Both the position numbers and the translations under genes were made by a program. From positions 95,606,001 to 95,670,000 of the forward strand of contig OZ076409.1 of assembly GCA_964187785.1 (NCBI GenBank): 64,000 bases of DNA, written 5' to 3'. This document shows, one piece after another, positions 21,701 through 31,857 of this stretch. Within the stretch, counting starts at the first letter, position 1. The number at the start of each line of letters is the position of its first letter. A model generated the notes under the pieces. It was given only the letters and a program-made list of their open reading frames with translations. It was not told the origin of the DNA and did not search any database. The stretch comes from Amphiscolops sp. MND2022. Taxonomy: Eukaryota.

Positions 21701-23381
21701 TGGGATCCATAAGTGTTATGAGAAATATGATAGTTTCACGTTTAAGATGAATGAGGTTCTGATGGATAAGCCAATATATCTTGGATTTAGTGTGTTAGAG
21801 TTGAGCAAGTTATTGATGTATGAAACGTACTATGATAAATTTCAACCTTACTTTGGGAAAGAGAATTTACATTGTCATTATATGGATAGCGTGACTGGAG
21901 ATACACCAATTATTTTGAAGGAAAATGGGAACGTAAAAATTTTGAGGATTGATGAGATCATTAATGATGAAAATTGGTATAGAGATGATAAAGTTATTTC
22001 TGATTGGGGTGATAAAGATTTTGGTGATATTAATGGTCTTCAAGTTTGGACGAGTGAAGGTTGGAAAGATATTAAGAAGGTTATAAGGCATAAGACAGAA
22101 AAAGATATCTATAGAATTAGAACAAAACATGGTATCGTTGATGTTACTGAAGATCATAGTTTACTCAATAAGAGTAGAGAAGTAGTCAGACCTCGTGATT
22201 TGGTTTTAGGAGAAGAATTATTACATAATCATTTTGAATTTGGAGCACAGTTATGTGTGACGTTTGATGAGATTATTGATAAGATTTATAACACAGAAGC
22301 TATGTCTTTAAAAGAGAAGGAAATGTTTGTTAAAGGCTTCTTTTTAGGAGATGGAACATCAGGAGTTTACAACTGTAGTTCAGGTGTGAAGTACTGTTGG
22401 TCATTGAATAATTTAGATTTCAGAATAATTGAGAAGTTAAAGCGATATGCTGATGAAGTTTGGAATGAGAATTTTCAAATTTATGATATCAGAGAATCGA
22501 GTCATGTCTATAGAATTTCTTCAGGTAAGAAGATGGCTTTAGAGTTTGAAGAATTTTATACGAAAGATAAGGAAAAAAGGATTCCATCCTACATCTTGAA
22601 TGAAACACTTGAGAATAGAAAGTGGTTCTTGATTGGCTTTTATGCAGCTGATGGAAATAGAAAGAGTAAGTGGAAAACTATATCATTTTCTCAAAAGAAT
22701 AAAGTTACAATGTCTGGTTTGAATTATCTCTGTCAATCTTTAGGATTAAATACTGCAATTGGTATGCGAGATGATAAATTTAATGTTTTTAATCTAGTTA
22801 AAGTCAATAAGATGAGTGATGAAAAAGTTCATAAGATAGTAAATTTAGGCAGGAAGAATGATTATGTGTATGACTTACAAACAGAATCTCATGACTTCAA
22901 TTGTGGCTTTCCCTTAATCGTTCATAACACAGATAGTTTTGTTTTGAGTGTTAATACGAAAGATATTGTTAACGATTTATATAATCTGAGAGATTTCTTT
23001 GATTTCAGCAATTTATGTAGAGAGCAAAGGTTATTTAGTGAAGTAAATAAAAAGGTTCTTGGTAAATTTAAAATTGAAACACCGGGAAGTATTTGGATTG
23101 ATGAATTTGTTTGTTTGAGAAGTAAAGCGTATGCATATAAATGTGGTAGTGAAAGTTCTAACAAACTAAAAGGTATCTCAAAATCACAGAGTAAGAATAT
23201 AAAGTTTGAAGAATATTATAATTGTTTATTTGGGGGTGATTATCAAAGAGAATGTGAAAATTTTGTAATTAGATCTATAGATCATGATATGTTTCTTCAA
23301 AAGGTTACAAAGAATTCTTTATCTGCATTTGATGAGAAGCGTTGTTATTTGAATAATATTGTAAGTATCCCTTGGATGTAA
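18765..23381 (+). CDS. Protein-primed family B DNA polymerase (pPolB) precursor containing an intein
   Basis: N-terminal Zn finger; vOTU-like Cys/His (YCFLWSILAHL...NHY); Exo I YGDFE; endonuclease VII/HNH-like insert (CWFC...DHCHLTGRYRGAAHEKCN); HNFSNYD; motif A YIDANNLYG; motif B KLLNNAFYGK; motif C YMD|TDS split by a 347-aa insertion. Confidence 0.96.
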   Translation: MNTTNTKYCEVCDKHIHTASFSRHEKSKIHLHNIGVVPGDPIQRRARSVPTLKQLARAKVNLSEKELAKHMINPYYFSKRYEPQYDVNLDQHHPKHLNSKITVKPKYDLTIELLDLNNIFKEMSAIYARLIEQYKFKYQVVFSVIFDKETQEELEQYVSLEVNQSLTWNDIVKYDLEGKTNALIENLEMKDSGWRFCKIASMTIYFYKTVELNGSSYVKIPLRSAAILNIENNDKYCFLWSILAHLHPCENSHPNRVSNYREYFRELKTDGLEFPFKTSDVSKFEKMNNLAINIFELQFYQEGEKWKHKLIPIEVSENNSETVIDLVIYKNHYALIKKLHVFLGKRDSKFVCRRCLSCFTNENVLVKHTERCKQQDITAIRVSKDSHLMWKKHFHKNPLYFRIYGDFECNNKREYSNIGNKTTNIFRQNPMCNGFYIVSEMDNVLQSGWHLSPFGEDNVEWFVIEVIKIENKMNFYFKNTKKEIMMTQEDEEDFKNSTHCWFCELPLDGRAVRDHCHLTGRYRGAAHEKCNINVKQKQSNFIPFVFHNFSNYDCHLFFKTLIDKKSDNVPLHVIPKTNEEYISISYGCIRFIDSYRFLSSSLDGLVKTVDELTILKREFPDNWELLSKKLAYPYEYFKSLDDYQLSVKDLVKEDYFSRLKNGYPQDSEIQRTNEIIETFKIKTGKELTELYLKTDVVLLADVFEKFIKVSLNEFKINPLYCVSLPGYTWECGLKYTGINLQTLQDKDMILMLENNIRGGISSVMGDRYVKSDENKKILYIDANNLYGWAMSQYLPYDDIKFDGNVKLEDILDTPDDSEVGYFVEVDLKYPEGIREKTVNFPFCPDNKFSPQDKFTEYMKKMKQDSYAKCKKLICDWTDKKKYLIHYRMLKFYVRHGMIVEKVHEVISFKQSKWLEKYIDFNTQKRNRTKNDFEKDFYKLLNNAFYGKTMENVRNRTKIEFIKKDEEEKMVKWQSKLTFNGIHKCYEKYDSFTFKMNEVLMDKPIYLGFSVLELSKLLMYETYYDKFQPYFGKENLHCHYMDSVTGDTPIILKENGNVKILRIDEIINDENWYRDDKVISDWGDKDFGDINGLQVWTSEGWKDIKKVIRHKTEKDIYRIRTKHGIVDVTEDHSLLNKSREVVRPRDLVLGEELLHNHFEFGAQLCVTFDEIIDKIYNTEAMSLKEKEMFVKGFFLGDGTSGVYNCSSGVKYCWSLNNLDFRIIEKLKRYADEVWNENFQIYDIRESSHVYRISSGKKMALEFEEFYTKDKEKRIPSYILNETLENRKWFLIGFYAADGNRKSKWKTISFSQKNKVTMSGLNYLCQSLGLNTAIGMRDDKFNVFNLVKVNKMSDEKVHKIVNLGRKNDYVYDLQTESHDFNCGFPLIVHNTDSFVLSVNTKDIVNDLYNLRDFFDFSNLCREQRLFSEVNKKVLGKFKIETPGSIWIDEFVCLRSKAYAYKCGSESSNKLKGISKSQSKNIKFEEYYNCLFGGDYQRECENFVIRSIDHDMFLQKVTKNSLSAFDEKRCYLNNIVSIPWM
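21888..22928 (+). mobile_element. Intein with LAGLIDADG homing endonuclease (347 aa, residues 1042-1388 of pPolB)
   Basis: Block A SVTGDTPI; block B VDVTEDHSL; endonuclease motifs FVKGFFLGDG and FLIGFYAADG; blocks F/G YVYDLQT...IVHN; +1 residue Thr. Excision restores YMDTDS. Confidence 0.95.
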
Positions 23382-23483
23382 TGTGAATATCCTTTAGTTT
23401 GAGTAATAACTAATAGTATAGAAAGGGGGATTTGATATTAACTTGAAGGGTGAGCAATTGAGTGATGGGGCGAAGCGGAGCGG

Positions 23484-23670
23484 AGTAGTGTATATAATCG
23501 TATTTGACATTAGCGCGAAGGTCACCATGAGTGGAGCGAAGCGAAGCGAATGGTGAAGCAAGTGGGGGAGGTTGAAGAGTGAGCAGCTGAGCGAAGCGAG
23601 GCTGTGAGCGATGAGGCCGAGCCACGCTTGCGCCTTCGCGCTGGTGTCAAATACGATTATATACACTACT
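23484..23670. repeat. Right terminal inverted repeat; itself a 187-nt hairpin
   Basis: 37-nt arms at 23484-23520 and 23634-23670 are reverse complements at 35 of 37 positions. The 113-nt loop has GCGAA repeats and is homologous to the left loop. Confidence 0.93.
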
Positions 23671-23695
23671 GTCGAATGATTGGTGAGATTAAATA

Positions 23696-23775
23696 AGCCA
23701 TTTGGTCTAAGGGTTAAGGCGCTTGACTGCTAGCTAGATCTGTCTTGAGATGCAGGTTCGAGTCCTGTAATGGCT
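23696..23775 (+). pseudogene. tRNA-Ser(GCT)-like sequence (pseudo-tRNA or SINE head)
   Basis: Acceptor stem AGCCATT/AATGGCT; D arm GTCT/AGGC; loop CT-GCT-AG; long variable arm ATCT/AGAT; T arm GCAGG-TTCGAGT-CCTGT. The anticodon stem pairs poorly. Confidence 0.55.
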
Positions 23776-24011
23776 ATTTTCTCACAATCATGTCGAGCTT
23801 GGGTTGTTATAAAGTCTTCGATTAGTAGTAGGTTAAGGAGACATGTTCAATTTCAAAGAAGACGTTTTTAAAGCACAAAGGCTTTAAAGCATAAAGGCTT
23901 TTCGTTATTTGGGATTTTCAGAACTGTTGGACTTTTCGAATCATACAGATCAGAATTCAACCTGTGTGAGCTTGTTTTTGAAAACCGTCTTTTTCAGAAT
24001 TGATCGTCATT

Positions 24012-25686
24012 ATGAACGAAGTCAGGAAATCAGAAATTGTTGACAGATACCACTTCGTCTACGTGGTTCTGATAATGCGTTAGTGTCCGGTTTCTGATTC
24101 TCGGGATCATATTGTCTTGAAATTTAACGTTTTTTGGTTATCATTTGCATGTATTTTTAGTTGGCATCGGGAGCTTATTACCGTACAATGTGTTCATCAA
24201 TGCTACCAGCTACTTCTTTTTCAAGTTGAGGCCTGTTACTATCGGAGATCAGACAACGGGAGATAATAAAGATCATTTGCAAAACGAGTTCGAAAGTTAT
24301 TTTGTTACCTGTGCTACAATTGCAATTCTGACAATCTCAATGGGTTCGTGTCTTGAAATTGTTGCTGTGTTTTTCTTACATCTTGGATTATATTTTTCAC
24401 ATTGATTTATGTTTCGAAATCAGGTAACACAATTTTGGTGCGTTATGTTGGTCAAACATTTCGAATGTTGGGCTCGCTGATTGGAATCATGATAGCCTTT
24501 GCACCCAGCATTGCAGTCATCAAATTGAATACAGATACTTGGCAGTTAGAATTTTTCGTGTTAACACTCGTTAACTTGATTGTGTTGAAGCTCCTTACTG
24601 GAGTTCTGCAGAGCGGTTTGTTGGGACTAGCGGCTACATTGCCGCATAGATATACGGAAGCAGGTTCTTTTCATTTCTATTTGCTTGATGCTATGTCAAC
24701 TTTTTTGGTCATATTTCATAATTTGTCACTGAATGGATGTCTATAAAGTGATACCACTTCTTTGTTTCCGAATTGACCCAGTGTTTGGCTCCGATAACCG
24801 TTAGTCGCTTGTCTCAATGTTTCTGTATGTCATCATCGTTGTTCGGCTTATTGCTTGTTCGTTGTTCTTTGTGAATCGCTTTGAATACTGTAGTAATTTT
24901 TTAGCCATGAGCGGCCAAGCATTATCTGGTGTATTGGCCTCTTTGCTGCAAATTCTTTGTCTAGCGGTACTGCCTGGAAGTTATGAAGACAGCGCTTTTC
25001 TTTACTTCTCTATGGCTGTTGGTTTCAACTTTTTCCTAATTCTGGCCTATTTGGCGATTCGAAGGAACGCATTCTTCAAAAACGCCGTGCAGTATGAGCT
25101 AGTTAATCCATCTGAAGGTACCAGTCAAAGCATTGATGTTTCTGTGATGAAGCAGACTTTCAAGGTATTTCGCCAAACTTTGCCTATTGGAGCATCTTTG
25201 ACTGCCGTGTTTACTGTAACACTCGCTATCTTTCCCAACTTCATGAGCCAAATTGAATCTTTTGACAAGACTTCCAGCTTCTCTAGAAGTGTTTACTGGG
25301 TACCTGTCACTTGTTTTCTCTTCTTCAATTTTTTCGATTTTGTGGGCAGGTTCACAGCAGGTATTTTCAAACGCCCGTCCAAGCCTTCCACCATTGCCGT
25401 GTGGTGCTTCATAAGATTTTTGTTTTTGGTTCTTTACTTGTTCACTAACTACCAACCTCGTCGTCATGGAATACCCGTGTTTTTCACATGCGATGCATTC
25501 GTTTTTATCTTCAACACGTTGATGGCTTTCAGCAGTGGCTATTTTGCAACTGTTTGCATGATGTATGGACCCCAAAGTGTCAGACCTGAGCTGCGAGAAC
25601 AAGCAGGAACTGTGATGACGTTCTACCTTTGCCTGGGTCTTGTTATTGGATCTATGTTTTCCTTCGTCTACATCAAAATACCTTGA
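24012..25686 (+). CDS. Equilibrative nucleoside transporter (SLC29/ENT family), 4 exons: 24012-24078, 24161-24343, 24424-24663, 24905-25686 (~423 aa)
   Basis: ENT motifs GIGSLLPYNVFINA, MSGQALSG, VFTVTLAIFP, FNFFDFVGR and SSGY...CMMYGP...E.AG. All three GT-AG introns are phase 1 and give one continuous frame. Confidence 0.92.
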
Positions 25687-26670
25687 TGTGCTGGAGACGA
25701 GAATTTTCTTACCTATCCCATATAATTTACTATGATTTGGGATAACTTTCGATGCATTGAGATCATGAGATCAAAAACTACTTGAGAAATTGATGCTGGT
25801 GATAATCCGAATGTATTTTTATCATGTTCACAAGAAATCTTCCATTTTTGTATCAGTGCTTCTTTCATCTGTAGCTGCCCAAAACGGTGCTTAAATTATT
25901 TGGTACTTGATTCAAATTTCTGAAAGAAATATTTTTTATTATTATTTTGTAGCTTGTTTTATTCAAGAACAGTATTTTCGACAATGAATTTGTTTCCTAG
26001 TTTCGCAGTTGCAATTTCACTGTAATTCTTTTCGATCTCTTGAGCTGGACGATTCACCCACTGAATTTTTCACCTAGAGTAATGGCTGAAGAGAAAAACC
26101 ATTTTGTAGTTATCCCACAGTGGAAAGTTTCGTAGTTGTTCGAGGGAGTGTTTTGAAGAAAGTGGGTCGTGGGTTCGAACCCGGGCTGGAGCCTGAATTT
26201 TTCTGCTTTTCCAGGCAGTATCGCCTTCACGATAGTGTTCGAAAAATGAGTGTGGCGGAAAATATCCCGGTGTTTAGCGGGCATGTTGTTCATAAGCTGA
26301 AGACAGTTTCATCCACAAAATATCTTTCAGGTTTATAATGATGTAGTAGTGCAATGAGGGGCGTGCAATATCTTGAAGTGCAGTAATATAGGTTGTTGAT
26401 GGGAGTTGAGGCCAGCCGCCGATGGAAGTTTTGGTGATGCACGGAGACAACAGCAGCAGAGTGGCTACCGGCGCTGGGCGGCTTCCAGCTGTGGATGCCA
26501 AACTAGGCAACGAAAGAACCACTTACACCACCGCCCATCAACGTCACCAACAATCGGAGACAAACGCAGTTAATGACAGCAATGTCGAAACTCAGGTTAC
26601 TTTTTACACATGCCACTGTCATCGCAAAATTCAACTGTTCAGATCAGCTAAACTCTGCTATCACGATAAT

Positions 26671-27039
26671 AAGAGATGCACCGAACAGAAAAATATCCGG
26701 CTGGACAGGACTGATTGAAGCCGGGTACCGGCCGAACCGGACATTATACTCAACTGTAAGCGATAACAGACTGTTTTTGGAATGGGATCGGAGTATAATG
26801 AAAAACAAAGTGAAAGTGTATTCCAAAATAACGGGAAACTTTTTTTGCAAATGCTGGAAATTTTCAAAAATTCATGTGAAATTTTGGCCGTTTCAAACAG
26901 TTTTCATCTGAGCTATGCGATCATTTGCCAAGATGTTTGTCCGGCCAGATTTCGTCAAACGTCCGACCGGATACATGACCAGACATTTTTCTAAAATCCG
27001 GCCGGGCACAGGACCGGACTAGATGTCTGGTGCACCTTA
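26671..27039. mobile_element. hAT-like MITE
   Basis: Imperfect TIR (…GATGCACC / GGTGCACC…), 8-bp TSD ACGATAAT at 26663-26670 and 27040-27047, and subterminal CCGG-rich repeats. Confidence 0.75.
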
Positions 27040-27248
27040 ACGATAATATGTGAATTTTATCCATTTTTTGCTGCTACCGCAATTGAATTTTGCGTGACAT
27101 TATTTGTTCATTTCTTTGCTGCGGATGTGTTTCATCTACTTTTGAGATAAAATGTAAATTTTATCTTGTTTGTTAATTGTTTGCCCAGAAACTACAGTTG
27201 TCACCTGAACCTTTGGATATTTGTTGTTGATTGGTTAATAATACTCTG

Positions 27249-28000
27249 CTAAACACGATGGTAATTCAGTATATGCGGTCCTGAATTGTTCCTCCCATCA
27301 TTTTCCACTGAAATTTCAAGTATTCTTGGATAATTTGCAAAAATGATCAAAGTACATTTTGGTCCTGGAAGGTCATTAATTGCAAGTGGCTTTCTGTTTC
27401 GTCTTGAAGCTAAGGCCTTGCTATTTTTCATTATATTCCTTGTGGATGTTTTCGAGCGAGTAGTACTAGAACGTACGTACCGTAGTGGCATCTGTTTCCT
27501 TCTTTTTCTAGTACCAAACACTGTTTTTGTGTTTCTCACTTGAACCGTTAACCATAAACGAGCAACATGCATTTTGCATTCACATTTGCAGACACTATCT
27601 TTCGGCGGCTCGTAACAAATATCCACTGTTACTCTTAGACGCTATCAAAGGACTCTTGTTATCTTTGCACGCTTGGTGAAACATCCGACAAAGCTTGTGA
27701 TCCTTTTTTGTGCGCTGAAAACAAACGGCTATTTTAAAACACAGACACCAGTAGCGAAAATGAGTCGTTTTTCTCCTTTTCACAATTCTCAAACTGAACA
27801 AATTTTGACTGCAAATCCAGATACAAAAAACGCCATTAACACTCAGCCTAATTTTGTTTTGGCAGGGATTCCAAAATCATCATGCAAAAGATTATTTACT
27901 GCTTTTTCACCTTCATTCTCTTCCGACGTGAGTTTTTTGCACTTTCCAATTTCTTTGTGAACATCTGAAATGTTTTCACTGAGCTAAACTTGATTATTTT
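27249..28000 (-). CDS. Possible small multi-exon host gene, product unknown
   Basis: Short basic, coding-like segments on the minus strand (AVCFQRTKKDHKLC..., VQVRNTKTVFGTRKRRK...) separated by intron-sized gaps. No recognisable domain; boundaries are uncertain. Confidence 0.25.
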
Positions 28001-28560
28001 GAGCTCTTTGTTTCAGAAATGAGTACCATGTGTGTTGAAACCATAAAAAGCAAACGTGGATGGTTTATGAGCCCATGCTTAGCACGGGACTGCCTATAAG
28101 TGAAGCCTCTTAAAATTAGACTGATTTTTATTTGGTTTTGAACCTGATTTAGCATGTTTTTTTTATTTAAAAAAACGATAGATTTTGAAACATGCATAGT
28201 ACATGTACTTGTTTCGTTTTTGAACAAATCTAAAAAATTTTGAGTCGCTGCATCAGAATTGATTGAATGCTTAGACATTTGAATGACTGTAAGGGACTTC
28301 AAAAGGAACATGGCTCTAAATCAAAAGTTTTAAGGAGTAATAAGAGCCTGAATAATATCTAATTTTTTCTGTAATTCAAAATTTCAACGACCGTGCTCTA
28401 GATTCTTGCTTACCTATGTAGAATTCAGAGATTTATGTTTGCATTTTTTGGAATAGATTTAACTTTTTACACTTGCGATAAGCAAGTGTTATGGGAAAGT
28501 GTGGGTGCTTTTTTTCCGCGCGACAACTGTCTCGTTTCAGCCCGCAAGTCGCATAGTTCA

Positions 28561-28634
28561 GGCGTTCGTGGTCTAGTGGTAAGATGCTTGCTTTTCAACC
28601 CAGAGGTTTCGTGTTCGAACCCGTGAGTATGCGC
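28561..28634 (+). repeat. tRNA-derived segment within dispersed-repeat DNA
   Basis: A-box TGGTCTAGTGG and B-box-like GTTCGAACC; stems are degenerate. Confidence 0.5.
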
Positions 28635-28863
28635 TAATTTTTTACAAGTATTCCGAAGCAGAAGATTCTCACTTTTTCGGCACTATGAGACTCCTCCCTT
28701 TTTCGGCTTTGTGAGATTTTTTTCGAAAATTTTTAAATGTCCTCAAAGGGTCCTCCCTTCAATTTGTTTTGATATTTTGCAACAGAACGGATGTTGAAAA
28801 ATCCCAAAGGGTCCCTTCTTTCAGATTTTTCGGCACTATGAGACTGTTAACAATTCTCATTTT

Positions 28864-29235
28864 TAGTCGGCGTTTTCGAAGAAAATCCCGACTCTTACAG
28901 TGGCTAGTTTTTTTTCGTCAGTTCAACGCGTAACGTCCACTTTTTGTGCATTAATCCAATTAATGCACATTTACCAACTTTTACCATATGTACTTAATAC
29001 TTCATTTTCAACGCATCCAAAGCGTCTAACATGAGAAAAAGCGTCCCCCCTTTTACATTTTCGGCACTATGCGACTTACCGGAAACTTCGAAAAAAAAAT
29101 CAAAAAAATTCGGAATTTTTTTTCTCAATTCTTAGTTTTTTGAGAGCTTTTGTTGTCTCCAGTTGTAGAAAAAGTGGTTTTCGAGTCTTTTTGAGCCTTA
29201 GATATGGCGCCGACTTGGGCCGTTCCCGGCTTGTT
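28864..29235 (+). mobile_element. DINE-1/HINE-like non-autonomous element (family A), representative copy
   Basis: 5' TAGTCGGCG with an adjacent partial inverted copy; 3' GGCGCCGACT subterminal inverted repeat, a short stem-loop (GCCGTTCCCGGC) and CTTGTT; T-rich flanks; no TSD. Confidence 0.65.
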
Positions 29236-30762
29236 TTTTTTTTCAAAGACTTCAATTTTTCAAAGACTCCAATGGGTTCCCCTTCAATTTTTTTGAAATT
29301 TTGCAACAGAATGGTTGTTAAAAAATCTCAAACTGCCCCCTTTTACAGTTTTCGGCATTGTGGGAAATTTCAAAATGAATAATTTTTTGTCCTAAAATTA
29401 GGTTTTCTGAGGCCCAGCAGGGCTATATCCGATTTGTTTTTTTTTAAAAGACCGGCGTTTTTTTCTATGCTACTTTTTTTTAATTTGCTTTCATCGAAGC
29501 CCCCCTCAATTTTTACTTAAAATGAAACGTTTTGCGAGCATGAAGGACTGCTCAAGGTTTTCGGCTCTATGCGACTTACCGGAGACCTTCAAAAAAATTT
29601 TCGAAAAATTTCGAATTTTTTTTCTTTATTTTTCTGGGTTTTTTTAAATGTTTCCGGTTGAGAGAGATGGGTTTTTTGCTGTTTCCAATTGGGGAACAAT
29701 GGTTTTCGAGATTTATGCGTATCCCTTCGGGTATTTTTTGGCGCTGTAAAATAGATGAAATTTTAACGATGTCATTTTACACTTGGTTCTCCGTATGATT
29801 TTGCTTATTGTTTTCTTCAAAAGTTCGCAACCTTCTGCGCAAGTGTTTGCGAAGCACGGCTTCGCCTCTGTGTAAACATATGTGTAAAAGATGAATTTCA
29901 TTTTTTTGGCTATTACAGGAAGACTACTGAGCACGAAATGGTCGCTATCATCGCGAATTGAAGCGCCGATGTTGACGTGAACGACTTTTGAGACGTGTTC
30001 TTTTTTTCTGAGATAATTACTCCTCAGAAATAATGAGGATATGTCAATTGTGCTTCACTCATGGGTGGTTTTATTCATGCCTAATAAGACGAAACAAATG
30101 AGTAGGAAGACTTCAATTACTGGCGGTGGCTTCACAAATAAAACAGCAGAAGAGGGATGATAGATTTTGATAATGAGCTAAATGTTGCCACCGTAAGCAC
30201 CTCATTACATGTACTGCACTAAGTCAGTGTAGAATTTGGTCGCTTTAGGGGGGGGGTAATGGATAGGTGATGATAATGATTTAAGTAAACGTCTGAGGAT
30301 GGGTCGCCACTGATAATCCCGTGTGATTGGTTGCTGGCCCTGTTTTGAAGGTCAAGAGGTCACCACATATCTTTCCATTTGCAGCGGGCATCTGAAAGGA
30401 CATGTACCCACACTGTATGGCAAACATTTGGAGTAAAACAGGATAAAAACACAACTTTGCAAGCTCCGAGTGTTGTCATTTTATAAGCAAGCCGGTTTTT
30501 CACAAAGCACCGATTCACTGGAGAAATTTCACTCAAACTATTGCCATCTGAGATTTGAACCATCTCTAAAAGAATGGATATTTGTTTTAGTTTGCGAATT
30601 AGAACGTGCTGATGTTTCTTCTCCCTTATTCAAGTAGCAAAGCCTATATTTCTAGATTCGGATGCTTTTGAAAGTTTGGTGAATTCTGTCAGAAAGATCT
30701 TCAAAAATACACCCCTATGTAGTATAAATCAACTATCTAGTACCCAGACTATCTAATAGGCA

Positions 30763-31101
30763 AACAAGACGACCGCTATGCACCGGGATATTTTCCGCCT
30801 TCAATTGGCTAACAATAGACACTTAATCGAAAATTTACCTCCTCCTTGGAAAAACGCAATTTACTTCGAATATAACTTCAAAATTCGGATATAGCGTGCT
30901 GGGACAAATGGCAGCGTTTGTTTTCGAACATCTGCCTCCTCCTTAGTAAAACGCAATATTAAATACTAGTAACTAAAATAGTCAAGTAACTAAGTGAAGT
31001 GGATGAAGATCGTTGAGATTTGGCAGAAGTTGGAAAAAAACGCAGCGCAGATTATGGTTCCCCCGATTATGCCCCCGTTATATGTTATGGGCGGAAAATA
31101 A
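30763..31101 (-). mobile_element. Second HINE-like dispersed family (family B); other copies at about 38887-39141 and, inverted, 26150-26290
   Basis: Shared end AACAAGACG(A/C)CCGCT...CCGGGATATTTTCCGC, distal inverted GCGGAAAATA, and internal ATAGTCAAGTAAC. Confidence 0.5.
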
Positions 31102-31857
31102 CAATCCGCTACGCCTTCCTCCCTGCTCAACCTACGTGAATTTTCAATAAAAAATATATTCAAACGGAAGTACAATTTAAAGTAAATTTAAAGCTGTGTT
31201 ATTTTTACCCGATTCCCGATAAGCTTTCGAGAATTGAGCCGGAAATTATGAAAAAAGATTAAGTTGACTGATTGTTAAAAATAATAAACAAGACGCCCGC
31301 TGGGCAGCGGGATATATATAACCGCAAACTGTTCTAGTAACGACATAATTTTAGGGCTCAAGAGTAGCCAATTAACTATGAAAATGCAGAGAAATTTGAG
31401 AAATTGAAAAGTTTGACACTTTTCAATTCATTTTATTACATTTTGACAGAAAACACATAATTTAGGAACATGCTAAGTACCTAAATGTTTTGCTGTTGAA
31501 CTCTGTGGGTACTACTAGTACCCGCGTAAACTTTCAAAAAAATGCAACCCAGGATGACAAAAATAGGAGACAGATGTCAAACCGGAGAGGAAAAATTCTC
31601 GTCAAACCGGAGAGGAAAAATTCTCGAATAACGTGGAGTCCCGAATCGGCCCATTCTTGATTCACGAAGTTCTGACTGCCCGTGGTTGCTTTTTCATATT
31701 GCTTTCTCCGCCAATGGCTCTTCTTCCAAATGCAAAAGTAAAATGAGTAGCTGATAGCTTTGTTTTTTAACTCTCTGAATCTTCACACCTCCGGAAGCAT
31801 CCCAAATTGTTGCTAGAAATTTGTAAAAATATATATAAATTCGATTTTGGTTCATTC

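Larger units (their letters stand above)
8178..23670 (+). mobile_element. Complete Polinton/Maverick-type (adintovirus-like) endogenous virus, 15,493 bp
   Basis: Termini 5'-AGTAGTGTATATAATCG ... CGATTATATACACTACT-3'. Perfect 6-bp TSD GTCGAA at 8172-8177 and 23671-23676. Carries pPolB, rve integrase, adenain-like protease, packaging ATPase, and major and minor capsid genes. Confidence 0.96.

Noticed and set aside
21888..22928. Intron or Hedgehog-type Hint domain instead of an intein
   Set aside because: The insertion is in frame, has no GT-AG ends, has both splice-junction motifs and a LAGLIDADG core, and its precise removal restores motif C.
23696..23775. Functional tRNA-Ser gene
   Set aside because: The anticodon stem has two mismatches and two G-U pairs, so it is kept only as tRNA-like.
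24817..24904. N-terminal part of the 289-aa ORF as the ENT start
   Set aside because: It lies in intron 3; the spliced model from 24012 gives the full set of ENT motifs.
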